Assembly (NCBI GenBank): GCA_021654395.1
Contig: AP024486.1
Span: 660,001 to 692,000 of the forward strand
From: Candidatus Saccharimonadota bacterium
Lineage (GTDB): Archaea > Micrarchaeota > Micrarchaeia > Micrarchaeales > Micrarchaeaceae
DNA: 32,000 nucleotides
Direction of reading: 5' to 3'
Position 1 is the stretch's first letter; every line of letters starts with the position of its first letter. Both the position numbers and the translations under genes were made by a program. Positions 1 to 9,853 of this stretch are shown here, piece after piece. The notes under the pieces are model-generated. The model was not told the origin of the DNA. It made no database searches and saw only the letters and a program-made list of their open reading frames with translations.

Positions 1-218
1 TCAGATAGTGCTTGTATATTTGCCCTGTATGGAACCTTATGTGGAGCCAATGTATGCTTTGATCCATGCCTTGGTATAAATGCTATCTCTCTTCCTTCTA
101 TGCTTCCTAATGCTATCTTATCACTTGGTATTCCATAAGCTGTACGCGCATCCAGTAGCTTAGGTCTCTCTAGTAATGTATAAAAGCCAGATCCGCCAAT
201 TACACCTATCTTAGCCAT
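1..218 (-). CDS. mtnP: S-methyl-5'-thioadenosine (purine nucleoside) phosphorylase, N-terminal part; the gene runs off the window edge
   Basis: Manual reverse translation from the ATG at 218-216 gives MAKIGVIGGSGFYTLLERPKLLDARTAYGIPSDKIALGSIEGREIAFIPRHGSKHTLAPHKVPYRANIQALS. The IGGSG...F(I/L)PRHG..H..P..V.YRANI.AL pattern is typical of MTAP/PNP family 2. The ORF is open to position 1. Confidence 0.7.
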   Translation of the reverse strand, partial: MAKIGVIGGSGFYTLLERPKLLDARTAYGIPSDKIALGSIEGREIAFIPRHGSKHTLAPHKVPYRANIQALS

Positions 219-298
219 CCTTATCAAAAGATTACTTTAAAGCAAAATCCTAAAAGCTTTTTGTATCTCTTTTATCTTACTTGCTCATACTATAGATA

Positions 299-2686
299 TT
301 AACTTACATATACTATATCGCAGTTTGAAGAGGGTATATTTATAACAGAAGAGTTATCTACATATATCTGCCTTTTAGAGAGATTATCAAAGATAGCTCC
401 ATAGCGATATGCAGTTGTATTCGCATATCCTGCAAAGTATCCGCCACATATCTTTAAGCTTTTATCCGATAGATTATATGTTGGAGTTATAATCCATTGA
501 AACTCAAGAACGGTATTATTACTAATAAGAGTCCTAGGCTCTGCTATCTGCCTTATGAGATAGTACCAAGGCCCATTATTCTGATCAAGAAGTATACCTG
601 TCTGATTAGCTAGCTCTACTCCATAGTAATGCACATTTATTACTTTAGAGTGTAGATAGTAGTATGTTGCCCTTGGATGTATATACCAGCCAAAGCTTCC
701 ATAGAATGTTACATCTATAGCTATCGGCTGACCTGGAGCCGCATAGCTCCTATTTACTGATACTTTAACAGATCTTACAGTATTAACATTTGTAAATGAT
801 ATTAATCTATTGTATATCTTATAGCCTGCTCCTGTTAGATTAAAGAAGTTGTATTCAGAGCTATTGCCGTACTTTCTATAAAGTATAACTCCGAATGACT
901 GATATCCTAACATAATATAAGGTTCTATCTCTGGATTAGTTGTATTATACGTTGGATCTAGTATCTCTCTTAGATTACAAGCAGAGGTATTCTGAATAAA
1001 GACCGGATTATATGAGCTAATAGCCTTTAATATAACATAAGAGCCATTTCTTATCTGAGAGCAGCTATCTAAGGCTGCTGTTATTGCGATAAATCTAGAA
1101 AGATTTTCAAAATGCATATAAGTACTTAAGAATGATGCAGCAGGCACAAAGTATATCAACGTGCTATTATCTGCATAGGTATTTAGATACGCTGCTATCG
1201 CTCTCTGATAGAATGTCTCAGACTCTGTATATACATTCCAGAAGCTTATTACATTATAGCTTGTTAATATTAGGAATAGTATTATAATTATAGAGAAAGC
1301 CTTTGAAATTAGATTAAATCTTGATCTTATATCTAACATATATGCTAATACTATTGCTAAGGATAATGCTAATGGCGGTGCTACTAAAGCTAGAAATCTC
1401 TGTAGTCTATAAGTTATAAGATAGATAAATGGATGCAGCGAGATATGCATAGGACCATAGTTTAGAAGTATTAATGTAAATGTAAGCCAGAATAGGGGCA
1501 TATATAAGCTATCCTTTCTAAATGCAAATGTAAATATAAGAAGTATTATGAATGGTATTGATGTTATCAGAAATAACTCTGGCTTACATTCATATCCTAT
1601 TGTATAACCGTTGCAGCTAAGACTATTCTGTATAGGAAGAAGCATCCAATACAATGCTGCTAATGCTAATACTGCCGCTGCATATAATGCTCTTTTATAG
1701 AATAATCCTTTCTTGCTTCTCTTATGCTTATATATTACTAATAATATAAATAGAAGCGGATATAGCAGATAAAAGTAGAATCCAGAGAAGCTGTTTATAT
1801 AATAGCTATCAGTTAGATCTTTTATATCTAATATATTATAGCCAAAGATCGTATTCAGATAGAATCTCGGATCTATATTTGTAGAAGGTATAGTATTATT
1901 GCTGCCAATCTTGCTGTAGAAGCTGCTGCTTAATGTAAATGTTATTAAAGGATTCCTACAATAGCTACTAAACGATATAGCTGTATTATTACAGTTATTG
2001 TAAGTTAGACTATAATTTACAATCATCATTATTAAAAGCCCTATAAATAATCCAATAAAGAAGAAGGCAGAGATATTATCTAGTCTTATATTCTTTCTTA
2101 TCAGCTCTATTAAAGCATATAGGAAGAATACTAGTATAACAAAGTAGGCCTCTGGCGTTGTCAGTATGCTTGCTATTACTGATAAGCCAGAAGCTGCATA
2201 GTAGGCTCTGCTTTTATACTTAACTGCCTTTATAAAGAACAAGAAGATAAGAGACGTAAATAGCATCGATATTATATCATCGCTTGTTGTTGTCGCAAGC
2301 ATACTAGAGAATGGAACGAAGATAAGCAGTAAAGCGGCTATTAATCCAGCTTTCTCATTATATAGATCCTTTCCTATAATATAAACTACAACTAGCGTTA
2401 GTATATAAGCTATTAGATCCCATATAGAATCGGTTATTATATTTATACCAAACAGCTTATAGAATAATGCTATTGGATAGAATATAAGCAGTCTAACGCT
2501 GAATATAAATGAACTTTCATAGAATCTATTGCTTAGTACTTGATAAGCTAGATTATCATAAACTATATCATCTCCATAGAATGAAGGCCCAATATAGTTA
2601 TATGAGAAGTATACAGCCGCAAAGACGATTATAATTAATAGTGCTATAGTATATCTATGCTTATATAGTATGCTCCTATGCCTCAT
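299..2686 (-). CDS. GT-C fold membrane glycosyltransferase (GT39/ArnT/PMT_2-like) with a large extracytoplasmic C-terminal domain
   Basis: 795-aa ORF with the ATG at 2686. The N-terminal ~480 aa is polytopic, with an early-loop acidic motif (FYGDDIVYDNLAY) as in GT-C enzymes. No WWDYG motif is present, so AglB is not called. The C-terminal ~300 aa is non-hydrophobic and carries at least 14 N-x-S/T sequons. Confidence 0.6.
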   Translation of the reverse strand: MRHRSILYKHRYTIALLIIIVFAAVYFSYNYIGPSFYGDDIVYDNLAYQVLSNRFYESSFIFSVRLLIFYPIALFYKLFGINIITDSIWDLIAYILTLVVVYIIGKDLYNEKAGLIAALLLIFVPFSSMLATTTSDDIISMLFTSLIFLFFIKAVKYKSRAYYAASGLSVIASILTTPEAYFVILVFFLYALIELIRKNIRLDNISAFFFIGLFIGLLIMMIVNYSLTYNNCNNTAISFSSYCRNPLITFTLSSSFYSKIGSNNTIPSTNIDPRFYLNTIFGYNILDIKDLTDSYYINSFSGFYFYLLYPLLFILLVIYKHKRSKKGLFYKRALYAAAVLALAALYWMLLPIQNSLSCNGYTIGYECKPELFLITSIPFIILLIFTFAFRKDSLYMPLFWLTFTLILLNYGPMHISLHPFIYLITYRLQRFLALVAPPLALSLAIVLAYMLDIRSRFNLISKAFSIIIILFLILTSYNVISFWNVYTESETFYQRAIAAYLNTYADNSTLIYFVPAASFLSTYMHFENLSRFIAITAALDSCSQIRNGSYVILKAISSYNPVFIQNTSACNLREILDPTYNTTNPEIEPYIMLGYQSFGVILYRKYGNSSEYNFFNLTGAGYKIYNRLISFTNVNTVRSVKVSVNRSYAAPGQPIAIDVTFYGSFGWYIHPRATYYYLHSKVINVHYYGVELANQTGILLDQNNGPWYYLIRQIAEPRTLISNNTVLEFQWIITPTYNLSDKSLKICGGYFAGYANTTAYRYGAIFDNLSKRQIYVDNSSVINIPSSNCDIVYVS

Positions 2687-2789
2687 ATAAACATTCCCTT
2701 TATCTATATCTCTTTCTATATAGAATTTAAACTTTAAAAATTTTGATAAGATTTATAATCTTATATAAAGAATCTTATATAGAGCTTGT

Positions 2790-4511
2790 ATGATACTAGG
2801 TATTCATGACTGTCACGATGCAGGCGCTGCCTTAATAGATAATGGTAAGATAGTAGCTGCTGTAAACGAAGAGAGATTTACAAAGAGAAAGAATGATGTC
2901 GGATTTCCTTATAACTCTATTAAATATCTAGTAGATCTTGTTGGCATTGATGCTATAGATAAGGTAGCTGTTGCGTGGATTGGCGGTAGCGCTCTATTTG
3001 CAAGAGTATATCCAAAAAGAGAGGAGTATAGAAGAGCGCTATGGCGCAGAGAGATCCCAAAGCCATCCTTGCTTAATATGAAGCTCACAAATTTAGTATT
3101 CAGACTTATTCAAGAGCAGAAGCCAAGAGAGCTATGGCATCTTCTAGGAGAGCATATTGGTGGCTACTTTATAAGTAAGAGACTTAAAGCATTAGGAATA
3201 GATAAACCTATAGAGTTTGTTGAGCATCATATTGCTCATGCTGCATCTGCATACTATGCATCTGGCTTTAAAGAGGCCTTAGTTATAACGCTAGATGGAG
3301 CTGGAGATGGATTAAGCGGAAGCATATCTATAGGAGATAATGGAGAGCTTAAAAGGATAAACTCGTTTAGAGCAGGTGCAAGCTTAGGAATACTATATGG
3401 AGCAGCAACATTAGCATTAGATATGCGCTACAGCGAAGATGAAGGAAAGACAATGTGCTTAGCTGCTTACTCTTATCCTTATGAGATAAAGGAGCTTGAG
3501 AAGATAAGCAGATTTGATGAATCTAAGAGGCAGCTTGTCAGCGATTTTGGAATAAAGTATGAGCTCTATTTGGCTGAATACTTTAAGAATAATATATTAT
3601 GGTATACAAACAGAGAGGCATTTGCTTACGCTGTTCAGAAGCATCTTGAGAACCAGATCTTAAAGATTGTTAATCTTTATGTTAAAGAGACAGGAATAAA
3701 GAATATTGCTGTTGCTGGTGGCGTCTTCTCAAATATAATAGTAAATATGCTTATAAATGAGCTCCCTTATATTAAGAACTTCTTTGTATTTCCGCATATG
3801 GGAGATGGTGGCTTAGCTGTTGGCGCTGCTTACTATGTAGATTATAAAGATAATAAGAAGTTTAATAGTAAGCAGATAGAGCATCTTTATTATGGAGCTT
3901 CATATAGCAATAATAATATAGAAGATGTATTAAAGAAGTATAAGAAAGATAAAAAGATAGCATATGAAGAGATAGCTGATCCAGCATCATATGCCGCAGA
4001 TCTTCTAAGAGATAATAAGATTATTCTATGGTTTCAAGGGGCTATGGAGTATGGTCCTAGAGCATTAGGCAATAGAAGCATATTAGCATTGCCTAATGAT
4101 AATAGAAATAGAGAGCTCGTAAACTTAAAGATAAAGAAGAGACCTTACTATCAGCCATTTGCAAGCAGTATATTAGATGAGGATGCTGATAAGCTTTTAG
4201 ATCCTTATCCAAGGCCAAATAGATTTATGACTGTTGGCTATCATATTAAAGAGGAGCATTATCAGGATTTAATAGCTGCATCGCATATTGATAAGACAAC
4301 TAGACCTCAGATTCTACAGAATGAGAATAAGCTGTATAGAGAGCTTTTGCTTAAGGTAAGAAAGATAACTGGCTATGGTGCATTATTTAATACAAGCTTG
4401 AATAAGCATGGTAAGCCTATTGTTATGGATCCAGAGGATGCTTTATGGACATTGCTTAATACAGATGCTGAAGATCTAATAATAGGTAATTTTTATGTAA
4501 AGAAGCTTTAA
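2790..4511 (+). CDS. Carbamoyltransferase (NodU/CmcH/TobZ family)
   Basis: 573 aa. The N-terminus ILGIHDCHDAGAALIDNGKIVAAVNEERFTKRKND and the EHHIAHAASAYY metal motif are typical of the Kae1-like domain of O-carbamoyltransferases. Length matches the two-domain TobZ-type architecture. Confidence 0.85.
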   Translation: MILGIHDCHDAGAALIDNGKIVAAVNEERFTKRKNDVGFPYNSIKYLVDLVGIDAIDKVAVAWIGGSALFARVYPKREEYRRALWRREIPKPSLLNMKLTNLVFRLIQEQKPRELWHLLGEHIGGYFISKRLKALGIDKPIEFVEHHIAHAASAYYASGFKEALVITLDGAGDGLSGSISIGDNGELKRINSFRAGASLGILYGAATLALDMRYSEDEGKTMCLAAYSYPYEIKELEKISRFDESKRQLVSDFGIKYELYLAEYFKNNILWYTNREAFAYAVQKHLENQILKIVNLYVKETGIKNIAVAGGVFSNIIVNMLINELPYIKNFFVFPHMGDGGLAVGAAYYVDYKDNKKFNSKQIEHLYYGASYSNNNIEDVLKKYKKDKKIAYEEIADPASYAADLLRDNKIILWFQGAMEYGPRALGNRSILALPNDNRNRELVNLKIKKRPYYQPFASSILDEDADKLLDPYPRPNRFMTVGYHIKEEHYQDLIAASHIDKTTRPQILQNENKLYRELLLKVRKITGYGALFNTSLNKHGKPIVMDPEDALWTLLNTDAEDLIIGNFYVKKL

Positions 4512-4659
4512 GCTCTAATATATTAAGATAAAGCATCTAAGAGAACTTGCGTTATGGAGCTAGACTTGATCTTTTGCATTATCTAAGCCCATATATAGAA
4601 ACTTTATATATAATTTTTATAAAAAGAAGCTTTAATATTTATTAAGATCTTTTGCAGTT

Positions 4660-5925
4660 TTAGATAATCATACGCCCATATAAAAGCAACTTATGCACAG
4701 GTATAAGCTTAATAGTCTTGTCTCTTATGCTGATACTCATTTCATCATTCTTTGTTAATACTACTCCTTCTTTCTCATCAAATCTACTCATAAATTTAAT
4801 TATCGCCTTAAGATCTTCTTCTCTTAAAGATTCCTGATACTTTACTTCTATAGGCTTGCCTTCTAGCACAATATCAACTTCTTTGCTGCTCTTCCAGAAT
4901 GCATCTGCCTTTAATGCGTTTACAACTGCTGTTTCCACAAGCTTGCCTTTAAATTCTTCATCAAAGTCTGGCCTATAAAGATGGATAAATGCATTATCTG
5001 TGGGATAAGCCCTCTTTAATTTTCTAAGCTTAGATGCACTGCTTTTTCTATAGTTTACTAGAGTTCTTATAAGAAAAGATTCTTCTAAATATCTAAAATA
5101 GTCTCTTACGACTCTCCTATCCTTTCCAAACTCTCTACCTATTGATTGATAATCAATATACAAGCCCGGATTTGATGCAACAAGTTCAAAAAGCATTCTT
5201 AGAAAGTCAGGATCATCTATATGAAAGATCCTTGGCGTATCTTGATAGATAATTCTATCTACAACAAGTGCTCTTATATACTCTCTAAAGTCTTTTTCAC
5301 TATTAAACTTAAAGGTTTCTGGAAAGCCACCATATGCAATATACTTATAAAAATATGGTAGTATCTTTGTTTCATAGATAAACTCTTTCTTATTTACACC
5401 ATTTATCTTAAGATACTCTGAAAAGCTAAACGGATCTATCTTAAACTCGAATACTCTACCTGAAAGCGTCTCTTTCGATCTTTTTCTGATAAAAAGAGAT
5501 TCAGAGCCGCTAACAATGATCTTAAGCTTGGGATATATGTCGTAATAGATCTTTACTTCGTTTTCCCAGTTTTTACACTTCTGTATCTCATCTAAGAATA
5601 TATAGGCTCTTTTCTCTCTAAGATCCTTCTTATGAAACTCTGTATATGCTTTAATTACTTCATTTACACTTACATTGGATTCATCAAAAGAGAAGAATAG
5701 TATATCTGTAGCATCTACGCCATTACTTATTAGATCATCAATAAGTTGATACATTATAGTACTCTTTCCAACTCTCCTGAGCCCAGTTAACGCAATTATA
5801 AATCTGCTATCAAGTCTTGCTTTTATCTCATTATAAACATCGCGCTTAAAAGTAAGAGCAAGCTCTAGATCAACCTTGCCTTTTATCCACCAATGGTTAA
5901 AGTACTCAAGCTTTCTAGTATCCAT
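4660..5925 (-). CDS. COG1373-type AAA+ ATPase (AAA_14 + DUF4143 architecture)
   Basis: 421 aa. Walker A is LTGLRRVGKST and Walker B-like is AYIFLDEIQ. The C-terminal region is typical of the multi-copy archaeal 'ATP-binding protein' family. Confidence 0.8.
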   Translation of the reverse strand: MDTRKLEYFNHWWIKGKVDLELALTFKRDVYNEIKARLDSRFIIALTGLRRVGKSTIMYQLIDDLISNGVDATDILFFSFDESNVSVNEVIKAYTEFHKKDLREKRAYIFLDEIQKCKNWENEVKIYYDIYPKLKIIVSGSESLFIRKRSKETLSGRVFEFKIDPFSFSEYLKINGVNKKEFIYETKILPYFYKYIAYGGFPETFKFNSEKDFREYIRALVVDRIIYQDTPRIFHIDDPDFLRMLFELVASNPGLYIDYQSIGREFGKDRRVVRDYFRYLEESFLIRTLVNYRKSSASKLRKLKRAYPTDNAFIHLYRPDFDEEFKGKLVETAVVNALKADAFWKSSKEVDIVLEGKPIEVKYQESLREEDLKAIIKFMSRFDEKEGVVLTKNDEMSISIRDKTIKLIPVHKLLLYGRMII

Positions 5926-6247
5926 AAATGTACATCATGATATACACATTTTTCATAATCGACTTCAGACTCATTAAAAATCAATTATTTGGCTTTTTGG
6001 ATTTTTATTATATAAAATTTAGCGAATTTAACTTTGCTTTTATACAATTCCATTAACTTAACAAGACTATCTTGATATCTATTTGTATATAATCTTCTAT
6101 TAGCTATCTAATTTACACATATAATTTCTATGAAGTGATTACAACGAGTTGTCGCATTTTAAAAGTAAAATAACTTTATTAAAGTTCCTTTACATAAAAA
6201 ACAAAATATTTATAATAATAAAATAAAATTATTTTATAAGTGGTTCT

Positions 6248-7222
6248 ATGCAATTGAACTTTGATCCTAAAAAGAATATAAGCAAAATAGATTATCCATT
6301 CATTTGTGTTAATAAGATAAACGATTTACTTATAGTAAGTAAAATAGTAAAGAACTGGTACGATGTGCTGCTTTTTAGACTAGGTATTAAAAAGAAACTT
6401 ACAATGAAGTTAAGATCAGGCAAAGTAAAGCATTTTAATAATCAAAAAGAATATTTTGATTTCTGGAATACAGTGGAAGCTCAAGAAGAGCTATTATCTG
6501 CATATAAAGCAAAAGATTTAATTAAAATAAAGAAAAATTATGTGGAGTTTAAGTATAATGGACATATAGTAAAGATGTCTTATAAGAACGAAAGACAATT
6601 AGTTGATGCACTCTTACTAATTAGAGAACAATTCGTTGAAGAGCAATATAAATTGCTAAATGTAAAAGATAAGATAGTTGTGGATATAGGTGCTAACATA
6701 GGGGATAGTGCAATCTATTTCGCTTTAAAAGGAGCAAAACATGTTTATGCTTTTGAACCCTATCCATTTGCTTATCAAACTGCCTTAGAAAATATAAAGT
6801 TAAACAATTTAGAAGATAAGGTAACTATTATTAACGCTGCTTGTGGAGGCAAGTCAGGAAAGATAGGAATAGATGAAAATTATGAAAGTGTGGATGGTAG
6901 TGATTTGAAATCCTTCAGTAAAGGTAAATTAATTGACATGCTAACTCTAGAAGATATAATTAAACATTATAATATAAGTTATAATTCAGTACTTAAGATA
7001 GATTGCGAAGGATGCGAATATGGTATATTACTTAATGCATCTAAAGAAACTTTAAGCTTATTTGACCAGATAGTTTTGGAATATCATTATGGTTATAAAA
7101 ATTTAGTTAAAAAATTAAAAGAGTTGTTTAAAGTAAAGATTACTGCTCCAAGATATAGTTTAAATAATGAAGCAGAAAACACAGAAATGTTAATAGGTCT
7201 TTTAATTTGTAACAGGAAATAG
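6248..7222 (+). CDS. FkbM-family SAM-dependent methyltransferase with an uncharacterised ~135-aa N-terminal region
   Basis: 324 aa. VVDIGANIGDSAIYFALKGAKHVYAFEPYPFAY is the Methyltransf_21 (FkbM) SAM-binding signature. The gene is markedly AT-richer than the flanks. Confidence 0.75.
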   Translation: MQLNFDPKKNISKIDYPFICVNKINDLLIVSKIVKNWYDVLLFRLGIKKKLTMKLRSGKVKHFNNQKEYFDFWNTVEAQEELLSAYKAKDLIKIKKNYVEFKYNGHIVKMSYKNERQLVDALLLIREQFVEEQYKLLNVKDKIVVDIGANIGDSAIYFALKGAKHVYAFEPYPFAYQTALENIKLNNLEDKVTIINAACGGKSGKIGIDENYESVDGSDLKSFSKGKLIDMLTLEDIIKHYNISYNSVLKIDCEGCEYGILLNASKETLSLFDQIVLEYHYGYKNLVKKLKELFKVKITAPRYSLNNEAENTEMLIGLLICNRK

Positions 7223-7308
7223 ATGAGTAAGTCACTATTTCATTAGTTTAATTTTGATATTCCTATTTTATAGCTATATAATATTTCTTATATGTAAAAA
7301 TCTTAATT

Positions 7309-8433
7309 TTAATTAGATAGCATCTTAATTATCTGTGGTATTATCTTTTTATCAGAATATCTATCAAATGTAAGTTTAATTATCTTCTCTTTTAATTCTT
7401 TATTTAATCTTCCTTTACGCCATAAATCATAATAATCTAATATTGCTTTAGCAAATTTATCAGTATCAAATGGCTTTATCGACTTACCTGTTAGTCCATC
7501 CTTAATTATTTCATTAGGACCAGCAATATCAAATGATATAACAGGCAATCCATGTGCTTGAGCTTCTAATGTAACTAATGAAAAAGTCTCCATCCTTGAA
7601 GTAACTATGAATATAGCTGCATTTTTATATTCCTTTTCTAAATCTTTATCTAAAAGAAATCCTTTATAAATTACATTTTTAGGATAAGCTTTTGTTAACT
7701 CTTCTATTATGCTTTTACCTTCACCAGAACCTGCAATATGAAATTCTATATCTTTATTCAACTTCAGAACTCTTTTAATTATATCTGCAAGGTAATCTAG
7801 ACCTTTATGATAAATAGCGAGTCTACCAACAAATAGAGCAATAAACTTTTTATTATCTTTAGGCTTGTCTGGCTTAATATAGAGAAAATTTGGTATTAGA
7901 TAAAGATTACCTTTATATCCAGAATCTTTAATTAAATTATAGTCGTCGCTATTTAAAACGTGGATGTTTGGAACTGAAAATAGTACTGCTCTATAAATTA
8001 AATCATAAATCCTTTTAATTCCAGATCTTCTCCTCAATCTGCTTGCAATTGGGATATGTAAACCAAATATAAATTTTGTCTTGCTAAATTTTAACACTAA
8101 TAAAGCAGAAGCTATAGCTGTTAAACTAGGATCTATAAAATAAACCACATCATACTTTCTTAAAGAGATATATGCTTTCAAACCAGAAAGCTTAAGTGGA
8201 ACTCTATCTAAACTTTTAGGTATTGTAAATGCTTTATACCATTCTAATTTAATGCCATTTAAGTGTTTAATTAGCTCTCTGTCATTTACTCTTACATCCT
8301 TCTCATTACGCATTGAAAATATTTTTACATTATAGTATCTTTTAACTCTTTTTGCTAATTCTATTATATATCTTTCGCTACCAGCAAAATTTCTCATATC
8401 ATAACCAGTAACTATAGCGAGCTTTTTTTTCAT
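7309..8433 (-). CDS. Glycosyltransferase family 4 (group 1, GT-B fold)
   Basis: 374 aa. E-x7-E motif: SRMETFSLVTLEAQAHGLPVISFDIAGPNEII. Confidence 0.85.
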   Translation of the reverse strand: MKKKLAIVTGYDMRNFAGSERYIIELAKRVKRYYNVKIFSMRNEKDVRVNDRELIKHLNGIKLEWYKAFTIPKSLDRVPLKLSGLKAYISLRKYDVVYFIDPSLTAIASALLVLKFSKTKFIFGLHIPIASRLRRRSGIKRIYDLIYRAVLFSVPNIHVLNSDDYNLIKDSGYKGNLYLIPNFLYIKPDKPKDNKKFIALFVGRLAIYHKGLDYLADIIKRVLKLNKDIEFHIAGSGEGKSIIEELTKAYPKNVIYKGFLLDKDLEKEYKNAAIFIVTSRMETFSLVTLEAQAHGLPVISFDIAGPNEIIKDGLTGKSIKPFDTDKFAKAILDYYDLWRKGRLNKELKEKIIKLTFDRYSDKKIIPQIIKMLSN

Positions 8434-8496
8434 GTGTTTACACTTTTAAAATCATATATGTGTAATTTAGTATAAGTCTTTATATACTTTTATTGT

Positions 8497-8690
8497 TTAT
8501 TTTATAGTTCTTTCCCATGTAAAGCTTCTCGCATATTTCATAGCCTTCTTCTGAAGTTTTTCATTATATCAATTTTCTTTTAGCTTTAATATTATATCTG
8601 CCATATCTTCTGGGCCTTTTGCTTCAAAGCAATATTTTCTTATTCTCTATCTACCTTAGCAGCCTAGTGTTTCCTGTGCCTTTATAACCT
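8497..8690 (-). pseudogene. Decayed C-terminal fragment of a group-1 glycosyltransferase
   Basis: Manual minus-strand translation gives ..RKYCFEAKGPEDMADIILKLKEN*YNEKLQKKAMKYARSFTWERTIK*. This resembles the characteristic GT1 tail (..d.e.la..i..ll.n......m...a....fsWe). It is interrupted by an in-frame TGA and by further stops upstream. No intact N-terminal part is present. Confidence 0.45.
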
Positions 8691-8713
8691 TTTAATTCTA
8701 TTCTCTGACTATA

Positions 8714-9853
8714 TTATTTCTTTATATTTTTATATCTCTTATATTCGTCTATTATGTTTAAATATCTCTCTTTAAATCTCTCGTAAGTAAAGTTCTTGCT
8801 ATGCTCGTATGCATTTCTGCTGAATCTGTCATAGTCTTTCATTATCCTATTGACTAGATCTGGTATCTCGCTTATGTCATCAAATAAGAAGCCATTATAG
8901 CCATCCTTTACAAGCTCATCCATCGCTGTACCTCTTCTTGCTAATACTGGCATTGAGTGGGCCTCTGCTTCAATTAAAGGCATATTGAAACCTTCGTGAT
9001 AACTATTGCATATATAAATATTAGCATTCTCTAATTCGGCTTCAAAATCATCCACTTTTCCTGAAAGCTTTGCGTAGCCTTCTGTGTTATTAGCTAAAGC
9101 CTCTTTGTATTGGTCTACAAACTCCTTTGTTTGTGTGTTATCTCCAAATATTCTTATATTTAGCTTGTATTCATTGCATGCTTTAACAAGCTCTGGAATG
9201 GCTTTGTTTAATGCGTATCTGCCCCATGCTATAAGCTTTGGCTCTTTAGGGTTGCGTTTCTTATATGGCAGATTGTATTTATGGAATAAAGGCAGTACAT
9301 AAACGCTTTCTTCTTTAAAGCCCAAATCAATCAAGCTCTGCTTAATGAAGTTACTTTGAACTATAACAAAAGGTTTCATATCTAAAATAGCCTGAAGCAT
9401 GTTTTTTGAATAGATGTTTAGTTCTGGAAAATAAGATAGATAAGGATATGTTACACCGTGATAGAACAAAATGTCACCTTCGTGAAAATATTTGAATAAG
9501 TTATAGAAAGCCCCAAAATGCCATATTCGTATATCTGAGCTTTCTATGATTGATTTAGCTAATCCTGGCTTATACTTCTTCTTTGAATTAAAATAAATTT
9601 TTAAATATTTAATCTTGTTCTCTAATCTTAGAAATCTAGAAAGCAGATATACAAAACTCTGTATAAAAGGTGTATGGTCGTAATCTGAACTTGCTAGTAA
9701 TGGAACATCGTTTATCTCGCTAAATAGATCTGCTATAAGATAACTTTCCCATTTCTTATCTCTATGAACTTGGTCTAAAGCTCGCATTACGTTGCTTACT
9801 GCGTCTCCCCTAAATACAACACTATGCATCTGTGCTATTTTCATATAGATCAT
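8714..9853 (-). CDS. Glycosyltransferase family 4 (group 1)
   Basis: E-x7-E motif: NSYHEGFNMPLIEAEAHSMPVLARRGTAMDELVKDGYNGFLF. The tracked ORF starts on TTG at 9865. The first ATGs are at 9853 (MIYMKIA) and 9844 (MKIAQMH), and I cannot choose between them. Confidence 0.8.
   Translation of the reverse strand: MIYMKIAQMHSVVFRGDAVSNVMRALDQVHRDKKWESYLIADLFSEINDVPLLASSDYDHTPFIQSFVYLLSRFLRLENKIKYLKIYFNSKKKYKPGLAKSIIESSDIRIWHFGAFYNLFKYFHEGDILFYHGVTYPYLSYFPELNIYSKNMLQAILDMKPFVIVQSNFIKQSLIDLGFKEESVYVLPLFHKYNLPYKKRNPKEPKLIAWGRYALNKAIPELVKACNEYKLNIRIFGDNTQTKEFVDQYKEALANNTEGYAKLSGKVDDFEAELENANIYICNSYHEGFNMPLIEAEAHSMPVLARRGTAMDELVKDGYNGFLFDDISEIPDLVNRIMKDYDRFSRNAYEHSKNFTYERFKERYLNIIDEYKRYKNIKK

Noticed and set aside
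5928-6056. A 42-codon plus-strand ORF (MYIMIYTFFIIDFRLIKNQLFGFLDFYYIKFSEFNFAFIQFH) lies in the long AT-rich intergenic region.
   Set aside because: Its composition simply mirrors AT-rich DNA (Phe/Ile/Tyr/Asn/Lys codons). There is no SD or TATA context. Its ATG sits 2 nt from the divergent gene's start codon. It is treated as noise unless expression data say otherwise.
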